A stretch of DNA of 64,000 nt from Mizuhopecten yessoensis. Lineage: Eukaryota. The notes under the pieces are model-generated. The model did not search any database and had not been told where the DNA came from. It saw only the letters and a list, made by a program, of their open reading frames with translations. This document shows, in pieces, positions 1 through 13,850 of this stretch. Position 1 is the first letter of the stretch; every line of letters begins with the position of its first letter. Where the stretch lies: assembly GCF_002113885.1 (NCBI RefSeq), contig NW_018405533.1, positions 136,313-200,312 of the forward strand, in the 5' to 3' direction. The translations under genes and the position numbers were made by a program.

Positions 1-298
1 TTTTGCAAATAAATTCAGCTCTTTTATTGATTCTTTTAATGATTGTTTCGTTCCATCTAAAATGAGAGAGGTATCATCTGCATATTGTGAGAGAAGTAGT
101 GGAGAGTTGTCTATATTTATACCCCTAATATAATTATTATTTCTAAGTCTTATTGCAAGTATTTCTGAACACAAAATAAAAATGTATGGAGCTATCGGAT
201 CACCTTGACGGCAACCCCTCTTAATTTCAAAAAAAGATGAGAGATTACCACCTTGATTAATTGCAGACATAGAATTTTTATGTAGTGTTTTTAATGCT
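1..298 (-). mobile_element. L1/Tx1-clade LINE reverse transcriptase fragment (runs off window start)
   Basis: Manual minus-strand translation KTLHKNSMSAINQGGNLSSFFEIKRGCRQGDPIAPYIFILCSEILAIRLRNNNYIRGINIDNSPLLLSQYADDTSLILDG contains the RGCRQGDP and YADD motifs of non-LTR RT. Not in the ORF track. Confidence 0.9.
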
Positions 299-3173
299 TG
301 TATAATCTAACACGTGTTGTATTATAGAACTTGTGTTGTAGTGAATTTGACTAATTACTTCGCAATCTTGAAAGACCAGCATAGATAGTGGAGTTTGGTT
401 GGTTTTTGTCTGGCAAAAATTCCGAAAGTAACATTATACATTGCTTATAAAGTCTGGTAATAAGCTTCACTTACGCAAAAAGTTGAAATCAAATTACCTC
501 GGAGAGGCAAGTTTAAGTCTGGTTTTAGCAATTCTTAACTGTGTTAGCACATAACATGCTGTTATTTTTTCAATCAAATCATAAATAGTGACATATTTTG
601 AAAATACATCTATTCATAAATTTAACAAGTCGATTACAGCAAAGTTAAATTTTGAACCGCATCATATAACCATTTTGTCCATGTAGGACTAATCAAATGT
701 ATTGCCTTTCTCAAACATATGTGAAAACACAACTAAATGGGCAAGGTTCCTATAACACTCTTCATAACGTTACACATGTATAACGTTTGGCTAAACCAGC
801 TTATTATTCTTATAGTAGTATTTCATGCAGACCATGTCCGAATAATTTCCAGATACAGGAGTTTATTGGGAAAGTCAATCCCCTCAGCTTAACATATTCA
901 CTGGAAATCAATATGATGGAATGGAAACTATTTAAATGAGAATAGGAATGACAATCACAAGGGAAATAACTGATGTAAAAAACGAAGCACTTTTATCATA
1001 GGAGAGATATTATACAACAAACATGTATCTAACGAACTAAAGCTCCGAATGAAAATAAAAGTAAGATTTATACAACAGGATATATTCACTTTATTTACTA
1101 TTCGAAATATTAAAGTGAAAGTTCATATGTGTCGGTATATTGCTAATTATGATGGTGTTGGTGTTTTTTCGCAACATAAGGCTACATACAAATGTACCTA
1201 GATAGTTGGACCATTATTGTGGCCTTCCCCAGAAGGGCTAAAACTCGCTAGGTGTAATTAAATAGAGCCCTTTGACCTTTCAGACAAATGACCCCGAAAT
1301 GTCACGGGACCCCAGTATAAACCCAAACAAAAAAACAGGATTATCCGAAAATATGAGGTTTAGGACATCTCAGAGAGATTGTCGTGTGAATGACAGTACT
1401 TGCATGACAATGATACAGTATACACGGCACATTTCATCAAACTTTATAACATTAAGTACGACTGACTCGGGCAAAATCTTAGTATGGAGAATAGTGCATT
1501 AATAACAATAAACAATGTTATACACTGTAGCAGATCAGGGTAACATGTAATAATGCATTGATAACAATAAACATTGTTAGACATAGTAGCTCAGTATACA
1601 ACTGGACATTTATAGTTACAAACATGGTCATATACTGTAGCGGACCAGGACAGAATGATGGATTAATGGCTATAAACAAGGATGGAGGGTGTAGTGGATA
1701 AGGTTTATATTATGCCATTAACAGCATTATTTGTAACGAGTGCATCGGTTTCAGATTATTCTGTCTTACACGAGGGACCATATGTACTGTCATATATCCG
1801 AGGTTTATCGAAGCTTAAGGGAACATGGACAGCCTGAGACGCTTAACAAATGTTCCAAGCAAATGTTTGTCAAGCATTGTTTCTTCTTCTTATATTTCTT
1901 CTCATTCTTCTTATATTTCTTCTATTTGTTTTTTATTTCTTCTTTTTCTTTTTCTTCTTTTATTTTGTCTTGTTCGTCTTCCTTTTCTTCATGATTATTT
2001 GGTCACGTGAGCCTCCACGAATACCACCGTGACTTCTGTGAGCATCATTTATGACTTGGGGTTCTTTTTTGGACTTTGAATCGCCTGTCTTAATAATCAT
2101 AACTTTTTGAATTTGAAATAATCACTCACTTCTATTTTAATTGATGCTCTGTTTGAGATATTTTTTTAAATTACACCCATGCTTAATTATAAAAGATAAA
2201 TCACATTCGAAATAGCAATATGTGTACGAAATTTTCTATACAATAAACAAAAGGCTCAACTGCCGAAAGACATTAGCACATAGAACTACTTAAGTATGGT
2301 TTCTAGTCTAAAAAGGAAAATATACCTTGTATTGGCATTTCTTGTGAATCTATGTACACAGCCTAAACAAACTTCATATTGTATAAATCATTCCAAGGTT
2401 TGTAACCATCATACATTGTACAAACAGCACAGTTTGTAAAGTTAAATGTATAGCGTGTTCGGATTGATAAATACAAGTTGTTTATGGACGAGAGATACAT
2501 TACGATCCTATCTGTTGGAGGCTTAGATACAATTATAACACGTAAAATGTAACGATACAACAATAGTTGTATGTGTTTGAGACAGAGATTAGGATACAAA
2601 AATAGTTATTTGTTGCTTAAAGAGATTACAATACAATACTTAATGATTCTGGTTGAGAGAACTTTCTATACCAGCTTAATAATCAAGTTTGTTTTACAAA
2701 TAATTGTATCAAGGGCTTTTTCGCAAATGATAATGCACAGAAATGAATCGCTCATGCTGACTATAAACAAATATTGCAAGATGAGATGTTGAAAGAGTTG
2801 TTTGGTAAAACAGTTGCATCATCGAACACCGGCGTTCAAATATTCCCTACAATTTCATGTAATGGGTGTAGGTTCAAAAATAGCTCGGCAAACACAGCTA
2901 TACATCCCACACGATCATCTCTGTAATGGTAGCAGACATCAATGCTTTGTTCTATAACACATACAGGGTACTGCAGTACACCTGCACCAAACACATGTCT
3001 TAATACATGTAATTCCTGTCTCAAATCAAACAGGCGTTACAATACCTCTCAAAGCATAGCTTCGTATGTACAGCAAAAAATGGAAACAAATCGGCTTGTG
3101 ACTCCTTAAGCTGATCCCGATGTGGGAAAGCTCGCAATATCAATTGATCTGTTATACATTTCTGTAAAATATT

Positions 3174-3530
3174 TAAGCATTTACTTGAATATATTTCTCA
3201 TGATAAGGAGATATAACACAAAAACCCAGAGTGTACTCTAAATAAACCGCGAAGCGGTTTATGATGAGAGTACACTCAGGTATTTTTGTGTTATAGCTCC
3301 ATAACATGAAAAATATATTCAAGTTAATCCTTATAATTTAATCTACTTAACACAATCCTTGTGGAAATCTACTTTTATTGATGGACTCTTTTCTCTTAGA
3401 AATTATTGCACTGCTGTATCAGCCAATCAAAAGCGACGTTACAAACGGCGACGTCATTTATTTTACGCTATGGGGTGATAACATAAATGTTTAAGCCAAT
3501 GAAAATGCTTGTTAAGATTAAATTAAAGCT
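3174..3530. mobile_element. Palindromic non-autonomous element (~160-bp hairpin 3174-3333 plus 3' extension)
   Basis: Arms acttgaatatatttctcatg...acacaaaaa...gagtgtactct and agagtacactc...tttttgtgt...catgaaaaatatattcaagt flank aaaccgc-gaa-gcggttt. The right boundary is approximate. Confidence 0.65.
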
Positions 3531-4637
3531 TGATATTCGCGTTTGGATATTTTCGCATTAATTTACACAATGCCACAATCACGAGCGTTTATAGTAGAAA
3601 ATCATCATCCGGATCATTCAGACCAAAACGTATTATGGTTTTTGAAAAGTACAACAAAAGTAAGCCCACTGTCTATAACGGTAGGAATTTATCAGAGGAA
3701 TGATGACTTTGTTTCCCTTTGTGTTATCCAAGCCTTACTACTGACATTTGTCACCACTTACAACATCACTGGACAGCATTAAAACCTTTGCCACAAAATT
3801 AATGCATGTGTCAAAGTTAAATGTGTGGATGTCGTAATCACGGTCGTATGAAAGTGTTTGCGCCGGTTGTTGACAATTTATGTTGACGTTATCAAGTGAG
3901 TTACTTGTTTTCTTTTTTCTGTATAATTATCGTCACTTGAACATAAGCTGTATAGGGTGTTTGTAACCTATGAATGACGTGACATGATGGCTTTAAAAGT
4001 ACAACATAGACAACTGTCTATAACATCACAGATATACCAAGGGAATGCTGGTTTCTTTTTTTCTGTCTTGTATCGGGACGTTATCATTCGCAGCAACATA
4101 CTGGGAGTGTTTTGTTGTACTTAGACTTAGACTTGTCTCTCTTTTATCGAGACAGCAAGACGTGTGTCCCGCTCATCGCATCCGAAGTTATTTAAACCAC
4201 TGTCAGAATCTTAATCCAATCTGCTTCTGTCAACTTTGAGTGATTGGGCAACGTTATCACTGTTGTATGGGAGTTGTTTTTAACCTATAGCCGGTATGAT
4301 ATGTTGACTTTAAAGTACAACTGGCACTTTTCTTATTTATAATTTGTCACTTTATGACTTTTGTCACTACCTTCAGCACCTTCGAATGTGTTTTTTTTTA
4401 ATTGTCACGACATTAATTCAATGGTCGAATGTCAAAGTTTGTATAACGTAAATATACTGTTCTGTGGGTGTTTTTAACATTGGCTAACACGACTTTAAAA
4501 GCGCAGCCAAATTTCCCTTTATTTTATCTGAATGTTAAGAGTTGTCCCCACTTACACTATTTATTGTCAATGCTAAAACTATTTCTTACTAATAACCACA
4601 TTATTCGATTGTCAACAATGTACAGGTGGATGAATTA

Positions 4638-4975
4638 AACACTGTTGTATGGGAAGTTTTGTGACGTACGCACTTTTGTATGTGAGTATTTTCTGACGTA
4701 AGCACTATTGCTAGGACAATTTTGAAGCGTAAATACTGTTATGTAGGAGTTTATGTGACATCGCACTGTTGTATTGTATTTTAGTTACGTAAATACTATA
4801 CTATTGAATGGGACATTTTGAGGATTAAGCACTATTTTTTTTGTTTTATGTTTTTAGCGTACGCATTGTTGTATGATAGTTTTTTGTGACGTAAGCACTG
4901 TTGTAAAGGTTTTTGTGACGTTCGTAATGCTAGATGGTAGTCTTTGTGACGTTAACTGTTGTGTGATAGTTTTTA
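4638..4975. repeat. Degenerate ~31-bp minisatellite
   Basis: Recurrent cactgttgtat...ttttgtgacgtaag units. Confidence 0.55.
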
Positions 4976-5377
4976 AAACTTTGGCTAACAAGACCTCGAC
5001 GACTGTTAAAGTACAACTCATACATTTAGATATTTTGTGTTTGGTGAGTAACGATACAANGGGGGGGGGGGGGGGGGGGCAATACAAATGCGTCGTTGTT
5101 TCTGACAGAAATTATTATTTGGGAAACATTTATACATTATAGACTGTGTTATGTATCATATTAGCGACTAAATATCGTAAAATGCAGAGCTCGATTACAA
5201 TTTAAGTAAGTGATGATATCATCAATATCAAACACATTAATTCATGCTAGTTTTGTAAGTGCTCATACCACACATCTGTAAAAATGATTAAATATATGAA
5301 TAAATGTTTAACAAAACTAGGAAGTTATACATCTAAAATCAGCGGTTGTAAATGTTATATTTCAGACTCTAACGAAA

Positions 5378-5495
5378 ATATGGTTGTTACCCTGACGTCA
5401 TATAAAATATGTTTGTAACCCTGACGTCATTAGAAATATGGTTGTTACCCTGACGTCATTAAAAATATGGGGCTGCATCACTGACACAATTAAAA
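5378..5495. repeat. ~29-bp tandem repeat containing TGACGTCA
   Basis: aaatatggttgttaccctgacgtcat x3 plus one decayed unit. Confidence 0.75.
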
Positions 5496-5529
5496 TCGTG
5501 TCTGTATCAATAATGCCGTAAAAAAACAA

Positions 5530-5906
5530 AGGTTTTGTTTTGTTTTGTTTTTATTTTGTCATTTAAGGACGTGCCTCCATGTGTGTTGTGAATAATTTAT
5601 GTACATGTGTGTTTGTGTGTTGGAGTCAAAGCATGTTGGTGTACTTGCCTCCTTGTGATAGAGCGGATCTGATACCGACTTTATAGTGCTATCTCACTGA
5701 AATATCTTGTCGAAGGCACCAAGCACAGCATTCCGCCCGGTCATATTACACTGAAAACGGGTGAACCAGTTGTTGCCATTCCCCTAAATGCTGAAGGTTA
5801 AGCAGCGAATAACAACAACCATTTTAAGGAGTTTGCTATGTCCCGGCCTGGGGACAGAACCCATTGCCTTCCTCACCTATGCGAACGCTTAACATCAAAG
5901 CCAAAC
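5530..5906 (-). mobile_element. tRNA-derived SINE, MetaSINE-like
   Basis: Minus strand shows a degenerate tRNA head (tggctttgatgttaagcg...gggttctgtcccc), a central ttaaaatggttgttgttattcgctgcttaaccttcagcatttagggg domain and an (aaaac)n tail. Family assigned from recollection of bivalve SINE domains. Confidence 0.6.
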
Positions 5907-7380
5907 TTGAGGTATTACAAAACAAGGCAGTAGGAATTAAAAAGTAGTTATAAGTAGAGAGAAATAATAAGATCCCAACCATTACAATTAGTGCAGCAGA
6001 TATATTTTGGTCGCTTTTGTGTCCTCAAGTATAGGGCACAAAAGCGAATCCCCAATTCTGCAGGGGATTCCCACATTAGTCGCCTCTTACGATACAAGCA
6101 GGTGTATTCTTTCCTCGATCCCCGACCTGTAGGGGTGAAAAAACATAGGACTTTATATCTTACGAAATAGGAAACATTGCGGCCTAACCATTATATCTTA
6201 GAAAACGTTGATCAATTATTGACGTCATAGACAATTGTACGGTATGACTTATATGAGATAATAAAAATTACCATATTGATTTATAAATAGACTTTATATA
6301 GGTTTTTGTTGTTCAAGTAATACCGCAGCAGGGTCTCAATACAGCAGGACAAAATATCATCTCCAACTCGACAGGAATAGACAACCCGCCATGATATCTC
6401 CAGTTTCAATTTCTAGGAAATATAAAGTGTCCCGTTTCTTTTCTGAGCTTTCGAATAGGCACATATATTCTCCTAGGTAACTAACCCCTTTCCCAGATCG
6501 TTCAGACGAAACGTTAATGCGTATTTTCAAAAGTCGATTACCATTATCTTAGCGTTAAGGATGTATTAAGAAAACGCTTTTCTCTAATTCCATGTCTTTT
6601 ATCGTGGCGTTATTTTGTTTGTTACTATTTGCACAATGGGGGAAAAGGTTAAAGATTGGTTCCTGGCGGTTTTGGTAATATTTCACTGTCTAAAAATCAA
6701 CTGTTATGGTGGTTTACCACGAACGAATCAGTTTTAAACTTTCTTTAAATAGCAACAGTAAAGGAAAAGCCATATATAAATGCTAAAATAACACAAAATA
6801 ATTACAGATTCAATCTAACAGCTATTTGTTTTCATTATATTTACCATCAGTTTAACAAAAACGTGAAACGGATGGTCGTGTATATCATCGGCATACCGAT
6901 CGAGACAAGTTTAAATGAAAATTAAAAGTTTGAAAGATAAACGTTAGACTCAAACACAGGTTGGTGATTGATAGATTTTGCCAAAAATAAACTACACTTC
7001 CCCAGCTGTTTCGTCCTTCTAGAACTTATCTGTGGTGCTGGGGACTAAGCCAGAGAAAAATCAACAGAACCCTTGTTTAGAATCACTGTCACAACAACGC
7101 AATATCTGGCAGTCTCCTTTGCCTGTGGTATTACCATGTAATACAACGTCTGTAAAATTCAGACTAGTCAAATTGTTTGGTAGTATTTAAGTAATAGAAA
7201 TGGAAAATATAGAAAGAATTGCAATGATAAAGGTTCGTGGTTCACGTAAACGTGAGCCATTACGATAATATTACCGGGTATACAACATACTAGTATATGA
7301 AGCAATAACAAGCAGTTGATTTACGCAATATAACTTTTTTTAATGGTATTACATTATGTAACAATGATGTAATGAATAAA

Positions 7381-7540
7381 CAATAATAATAATGATAATA
7401 ATTTGAGGTTCTTATATACCGCTTTATCACAACCTAGTCCGTAGGTCGTCTCACAGCGATTCACAAAATATTATCCGTGGTTTTAGGGCCTTTGCAATCA
7501 GACAATATCTTTCGCAACTCCCCGGGGAGCATACTGAATA
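7381..7540 (-). mobile_element. SINE 3' body and tail (same tail as the SINE at 27551)
   Basis: The reverse complement gtatgctccccggggagttgcgaaagatattg...gataaagcggtatataagaacctcaaattattat aligns to 27756-27875 joined to 34396-34430. Confidence 0.8.
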
Positions 7541-7706
7541 ACAAAGTGGGTGACAACACGGCGATTTCACAGGTGAGGTACCCATCTAATTACTGCCAAG
7601 TTTACTGCAAATTACAAACAGGGGCATGCTGTTTGATGTCCTGAAACCCTGTCGTCAGATGGTACAAAACCGATTTTCCCCTACACACCTCCCTCTCCCT
7701 TCCGCT

Positions 7707-8037
7707 CAGGTATCGGTTTGAGGTCAGTGATAGGACGCTTGTCCAATAACATTGACCTATCGTTGAGAGTTGACATATACTGGAGCTACAGGTATCGGTG
7801 TGAGGTCAGTGATAGGACGCTAGCCCAATAACATTGGCCTATCGTTGAAGGTTGACATATACTGGAGCTACAGGTATCGGTGTGAGGTCAGTGATAGGAC
7901 GCTTGTCCAATAACAGTGACCTATCGTTGAAGGTTGACATATACTGGAGCTACAGGTATCGGTGTGAGGTCAGTGATAGGAAGCTTGTCCAATAACATTG
8001 ACCTATCGTTGAGGGTTGACCTATACTGGAGCTACAG
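7707..8037. repeat. 82-bp tandem repeat, 4 copies
   Basis: caggtatcgg starts at 7707, 7789, 7871 and 7953, with a partial copy at 8035. Confidence 0.95.
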
Positions 8038-8556
8038 ATGTGTTTCTTTCCGAATCTCAACTGCAAGACGGAGTCTGTGCGATTTGTGCTTGCGGGTATA
8101 TAAAGCATTTGTAATTCTGCGCAGGAAACACCTCCCTTCGGACGACGCGCAAGTTAACTGTCCATCAAAGGGCTATAATTTTGTGTTTATAATCCTATTT
8201 TCTTATAAGATGGAAGTTAACTTTCCTTCCGAGACCAGTAATTTCGTTTTGGGAAGCTTGATTGATTCAGTAATTATGTTACACCCTAAAAAGTATTTTT
8301 TGTAGTGGGGCCGACCACTTAATCCAGTTATCGAAAAGCCAAGCAAACCCAATATAGTGTTCAATGCATGTAGATACTCGCTTTTAGACAGATTTTTTTT
8401 TAAATTTTTCACAGCGGAAGATGTCAACAAGTACGCCACAAGTTCAAACCATCATTTGTCTCGTTCTCCGGGACTATCGATGAAAAATCCAAGGACCGCA
8501 GTTTGAACCAAAACATCTTACGTGTATCTACATTTATTTAATGAAAGTGAAAAAAG

Positions 8557-9456
8557 GAGAATAAACAATTGGCAAAGCAGTAGGATATTGACGAGAATAT
8601 ACAATTGGCAAAGCAGTAGGATATTGACGAGAATATACAATTGGGAAAGCAGGAGGATATTGACGAGAATATACAATTGGGAAAGCAGGAGGATATTGAC
8701 GAGAATATACAATTGGGAAAGCAGGAGGATATTGACGAGAATATACAATTGGGAAAGCAGGAGGATATTGACGAGAATATACAATTGGGAAAGCAGGAGG
8801 ATATTGACGAGAATATACAATTGGGAAAGCAGGAGGATATTGACGAGAATATACAATTGGGAAAGCAGGAGGATATTGACGAGAATATACAATTGGGAAA
8901 GCAGGAGGATATTGACGAGAATATACAATTGGGAAAGCAGTAGGATATTGACGAGACTATACAATTGGCAAAGCAGCAGGATACTGACGAGAATATACCA
9001 TTGGCAAAGCAGTAGGATATTGCCGAGACTATACAATTGGGAAAGCAGTAGGATATTGACGAGACTATACAATTGGCAAAGCAGCAGGATACTGACGAGA
9101 ATATACCATTGGCAAAGCAGTAGGATATTGCCGAGACTATACAATTGGGAAAGCAGTAGGATATTGACGAGACTATACAATTGACAAAGCAGTAGGATAC
9201 TGACGAGAATATACAATTAGCAAAGCAGTAGGATAGTGACGAGAATATACAATTAGCAAAGCAGTAGGATATTGACGAGACTATACAATTGGGAAAGGAG
9301 GAGGATATTGACGAGAATAAACAATTGGCAAAGCAGTAGGATATTGACGAGAATATACAATTGGGAAAGCAGTAGGATATTGACGAGACTATACAATTGG
9401 GAAAGCAGTAGGATATTGACGAGAATAAACAATTGGCAAAGCAGTAGGATATTGAC
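8557..9456. repeat. 36-bp minisatellite, ~25 copies
   Basis: Unit attgacgagaatatacaattgg(g/c)aaagcag(g/t)aggat. It explains the four overlapping 12-aa-periodic ORFs. Confidence 0.97.
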
Positions 9457-10869
9457 TCTGTGATATGCATTGTGAACTGACGGGGTATGTTTGTCTTTGT
9501 ATGAGGTTGCTTAGATACATGTTGTTCTTTAACGTTGAACGATGCATTTTTTTCAAGTGCTGTTTTTTACTCTGTGGCATGCTTTTACCAGCGTAATGGC
9601 GCACTGGATTTTTTTTCTTTGTGTTGACATTGTGGGATATTCGGTCACTGTGTGTTGTTGCTGTGGTATAATATAACCTATCACTCCAAGGCGATGTAGT
9701 CAGAGACATCTTTATCCGAGGGTCAGGTTTTTGAAGGCTAGCACGATGCTTTACCGAGTGTGCGCTTTTCCTGCTTTTACAAATGGTATCAGTCTAAATT
9801 TGTATGCGCCTGCGCAGATGCTTGCATAATGTTAATAAGGTTTTGCTGTTGAAACACTTTTTCCAAATGTAACTTTTTATTTATCATTGATTAGAATAAA
9901 TTGAAACAAAAATTGTTGTCATTCTCGATGGATATTTGAATTATTATCTAAATCCCTGCTACATTAATAAAACCGCTATTTCCCTTCTGTTATCATAATG
10001 TGGCTTCCTCCATGTCTGTTCCATGTCGAGTGGGATGAGGAGTTAACCATCTGTCCTAATCGAAAACTCGTGTCCATTATGGACCTGTAGTTTGTAAGCA
10101 GTTCTTGTCTGTGGTTTTATTATAAAATAGTAAGCGGACAATTCACCAAATATCATTGTCTTGAATTATTACACCAATCCTACATTAAATCTCTTGCACT
10201 GGATATTACCTTCAAACAACTAGATCAAATGTCATTGTCTGGAGGTGTTACATTAAACGTATTGTCTAGGCTGCTAACTACATACAATTGGTGTACGTTG
10301 AATAGTATAGTGTTGGATTGTTACACAAATTATAAATTAAATTAATCTTACATTAACGAGTTATATGTTTTGTTACCTACATACAACTGCGTCATTGCCT
10401 GGAATTGTTACATCAATCTTATACTAAATCAACTGTACGGGGTGTATATAAAAAAGCAAGGATATTGTCCTAAAGAGTCACATGGTTACAACAAACATAC
10501 ACTAAAATAACTGTTCGCTACATACAAGTACGTTAGTCTGGAATTATGGTACCAAAATTACATCCTATTTACAGTATGGACTGTTATTTACGTACAAGTA
10601 CATCTACATTTATCATGAAATTTCTATTCCAAAAGAATATTGAAGTTCAGGCTGTTACCTACGTAAAAGTATGAACTGTTATTAACATACAAGTACATCA
10701 GATCTTAGTGTAGCCTGTTGGCTTGATTTTCTTCTGGAATGATTTACGTGAAGAACTAGAATTAGTAGTTTAAGTTTGGTTAATCTGTTGTAGACAAACG
10801 CGTTAAGTTGGTAGCGTAATGAAGGATTTTAAGAACATCCATATATTTTCGCTGCATTCCATACACTCA

Positions 10870-11018
10870 AGACGTGATTTTTTAACAATCTGCTGACCTT
10901 AAGTAACACTTATGGGGGGGTTAGTGTGGGAGGAAACCGGAGTACCCAGATCGTGGGATGGAACCCCAGCCGCCTTGGTGAAAGGCAAGTGCGCTATCCA
11001 CTGCACCGCCCGACCAGC
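10870..11018 (-). mobile_element. tRNA-derived SINE remnant, V-SINE-like, internally deleted
   Basis: Minus strand has a tRNA-like head (ggtgcagtggatagcgcac...ggggttccatccc) followed by gggtactccggtttcctcccac, the V-domain motif. Confidence 0.6.
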
Positions 11019-13850
11019 TCTTTCTTTCTTTTTATTGATATATCATTCATTTATATTAGTTTTCTTGGCTGTTACATATGAGTTCGTCTAATCTCATTAT
11101 CTGAATTCGATACACTGACATAGCATTACAACTCATTTTCTGGTCTGTGATTTACATAGCTACGAAATACAAAAGTGATGAGAAAAAATGTAATACGCAC
11201 TAAATATCGATGAAACAATGATGAATTGTTAACAAATGGCAGATTGATACGGACACCTTTAATAACATACAAGGACATTAATACCAGGCGTTCTGGAAGC
11301 GTAAGCGTCTTATGTTTCATAGACGACACCAGACATGCTTATCAATATACATATACATCAGATGTCATTGTCTTCAATAACAAACATCGAAACCCATAGT
11401 CTGGACTGTCAATTAACTTATCATTATAGTAAATATCATTGTCCGGATTTTCGACACCGACATAACTTTGAAATTGATAGTCTGGACTGTTAAGTAGATA
11501 CATGGTCGAATTTATCAGGTATCTTTGTTTGGATTTTGTTAAAAAAAATCTTGATTTATTGTCTAGAATTTTATTTCAGTGTACATAGAATATCAATGTC
11601 TGTTTAAAAAGAATTCAAATAATAAAAAGCAAACCTACATTAAAATTCATTACATGAGCAAACAAATTCCAAATAGTAATTAAGCAGAAACATGTTGTGT
11701 ACTTAATTGTTTGTTACTGTAATAATATAGGGCTTTTTCATTTTTTATATATATATTTTTTTTAAATCATCTAAAACCTTGACAGAAAATCAAGCTTTAA
11801 TCCTACCTCGATATATGCAATTGTTCCATGAATATTCAGATCACAAAATCCAGTCAAAAGACGCTGTGTGTAAAAAAGTATATTTCAGAAACAGAACACT
11901 TGATTTACGTAAAAACAATATGGTTTTAAATTCATTTAACGAAACTTCACACAAACATTGCCTCGAATGGCGATGCTTGGAATGGATCTTTTGAAACGGA
12001 ATACCACCATTAAATTCAACTACATCGGTTGAATTGGGAATTTTGGACGGGACACCGCCATAATTTAGATAGAGTTCTATATTTCAAAACAATTCTTTTC
12101 ATATTTTTGTTTACATTGCAAACAATTTAACATTATAATTATAGACATGCACAAGCATACTATATAGATTCAAAAAACTTATTCCTACAACTATTGATAA
12201 GTAATAACAAATATATTCTTTTGCATTGTTATGTCAAGGTAAAATATAAATAAATAAACAAAATAATAATAAAACCGCAATTCGAACTGAAAATCGATAG
12301 AACTAGCGTAGAATATGAACAAAGGAAGTAATTACATTGATACCCTAGCAAAGAACAAGATTGATAAGATGATGTTAAGGAAGGGTAAGCGTCTTCGTCT
12401 TCTGTTACATCGACGACACCCGCTAACGGATTTCGCATTTCATAATCCTAACGATGTACTTTTCTATTGATTTTCTTATTCAATAAGGGTCATATAGACA
12501 AAAAAACTAATAAATCAAACATTCCTATGGGATGTAGACAGAGAAATTTTCACTCGATTTGAGGATACAATTTTGAGGCTCAGTAACAGACTGTGCATGA
12601 GGCATCGTGGTTTATATGGCTATTCTTTTATGAAATGTTAAAGTTTTCAGAATGAAAGCGCGTGTGAATTGTCTCTCGTAAGAAAGGTTAATATATAGAA
12701 ATATTTGCCCTTAATAATAGTGAATGTCACTCAAGTGTGAGAGAAAAACTATTTTTGTGTTGAAGCAACAGGGAGAAACAATTAACCTTATGATGAAAAA
12801 GTTATACCTTGTAACAGAAAGATTATTACGTTTCACGTGTCTAGTGTAATGTATTGCTTCCATATTATATCCGTTACAATATGGATAATGGACAATATCT
12901 CCCTTTAAACTAGTACGGGTTACTTGATAATTTTGATATGTTTAGTTCGTTTGTGCTTTACGTCCTATTTACAGCTATGGTTATAGAGTTATTTGTTAAA
13001 TTGTAACAATGATGAAGCCTGCATTGGAACCATTGTAATTTATTTTATTTTATTTATTTATGTATTGAAGAAAAGTGTACTACTTTACTATGTAATCAAT
13101 AAAAATCTTTTGCTTTGCAACATCAATTGTTTTCGTAAATATGGTAGTGTATAGCTGGGGAATTCTGTGGAACTTATGACTGCGAATAATGATAATTATT
13201 CATTTGTCCTGAAGAAGTTAGAATTGATGTCAAAAGGCTGTCTATTCTTAAAACGAGAAGAATATAAAATTGCATTTTTGTTTATGTCGTTGACAATGCT
13301 TATTTCTTTATTGTCCTTTAACCTCGAAAAATTGTCCTAGGCGTGAAGTCACAATTGCAACAACAGAAACTTACAACCAATCACAGGGCTGATATCACAT
13401 GGATTAATACGCAACAAATATGACATTGATATATTCACTGGATAACACAGTACATAATATGATAAAATGAAATACATAATAGTCAAGCAAAGTATTACAA
13501 TACACATCTTAAAAAAACAGCTGCAAATAATAATGCATTTTATAGTGTAAAAGTTTGCAAAACCATACATTATAAGTAATGACAATGAAATATATTAACG
13601 GAAATGGAAACTGCGCGTATATGGAAATAAAGTATTAATAGTTAACTGAATTTTTGCTCTCACAAATATGTGTGCACTTCTTAACAACTTTGACGGATAA
13701 TGCGTTTTGTGCACTTACATTTTTTTGTCCTTGTGCGCGTGTCGAAATTTGCATTTTTCGCAAGTTTGACAATCTTTATTGACTTTGTTACTTATTTGCA
13801 TCCATGACAAACAGAAAAAACCCAATGTATCTCTGTTGAAAGTGTTTGGT

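Noticed and set aside
1740-2032. Hydrophobic F/L-rich ORFs
   Set aside because: Translation of a T/C-rich low-complexity tract.
2400-3020. Coding-like stretch, possible old pseudogene
   Set aside because: Multiple stops in every frame and no identifiable family.
5060-5079. Poly-G run as a G-quadruplex or Gly/Pro-coding segment
   Set aside because: Adjacent to an N gap, so length and context are unreliable.
7707-9456. CRISPR-like appearance of regular repeats (also 41893-42440 and 54665-54878)
   Set aside because: Units are head-to-tail with no unique spacers, there are no cas genes, and the context is eukaryotic.
8518-9470. Long ORFs of 220-310 aa on both strands
   Set aside because: By-products of a 36-bp tandem repeat; no splice signals or unique coding sequence.
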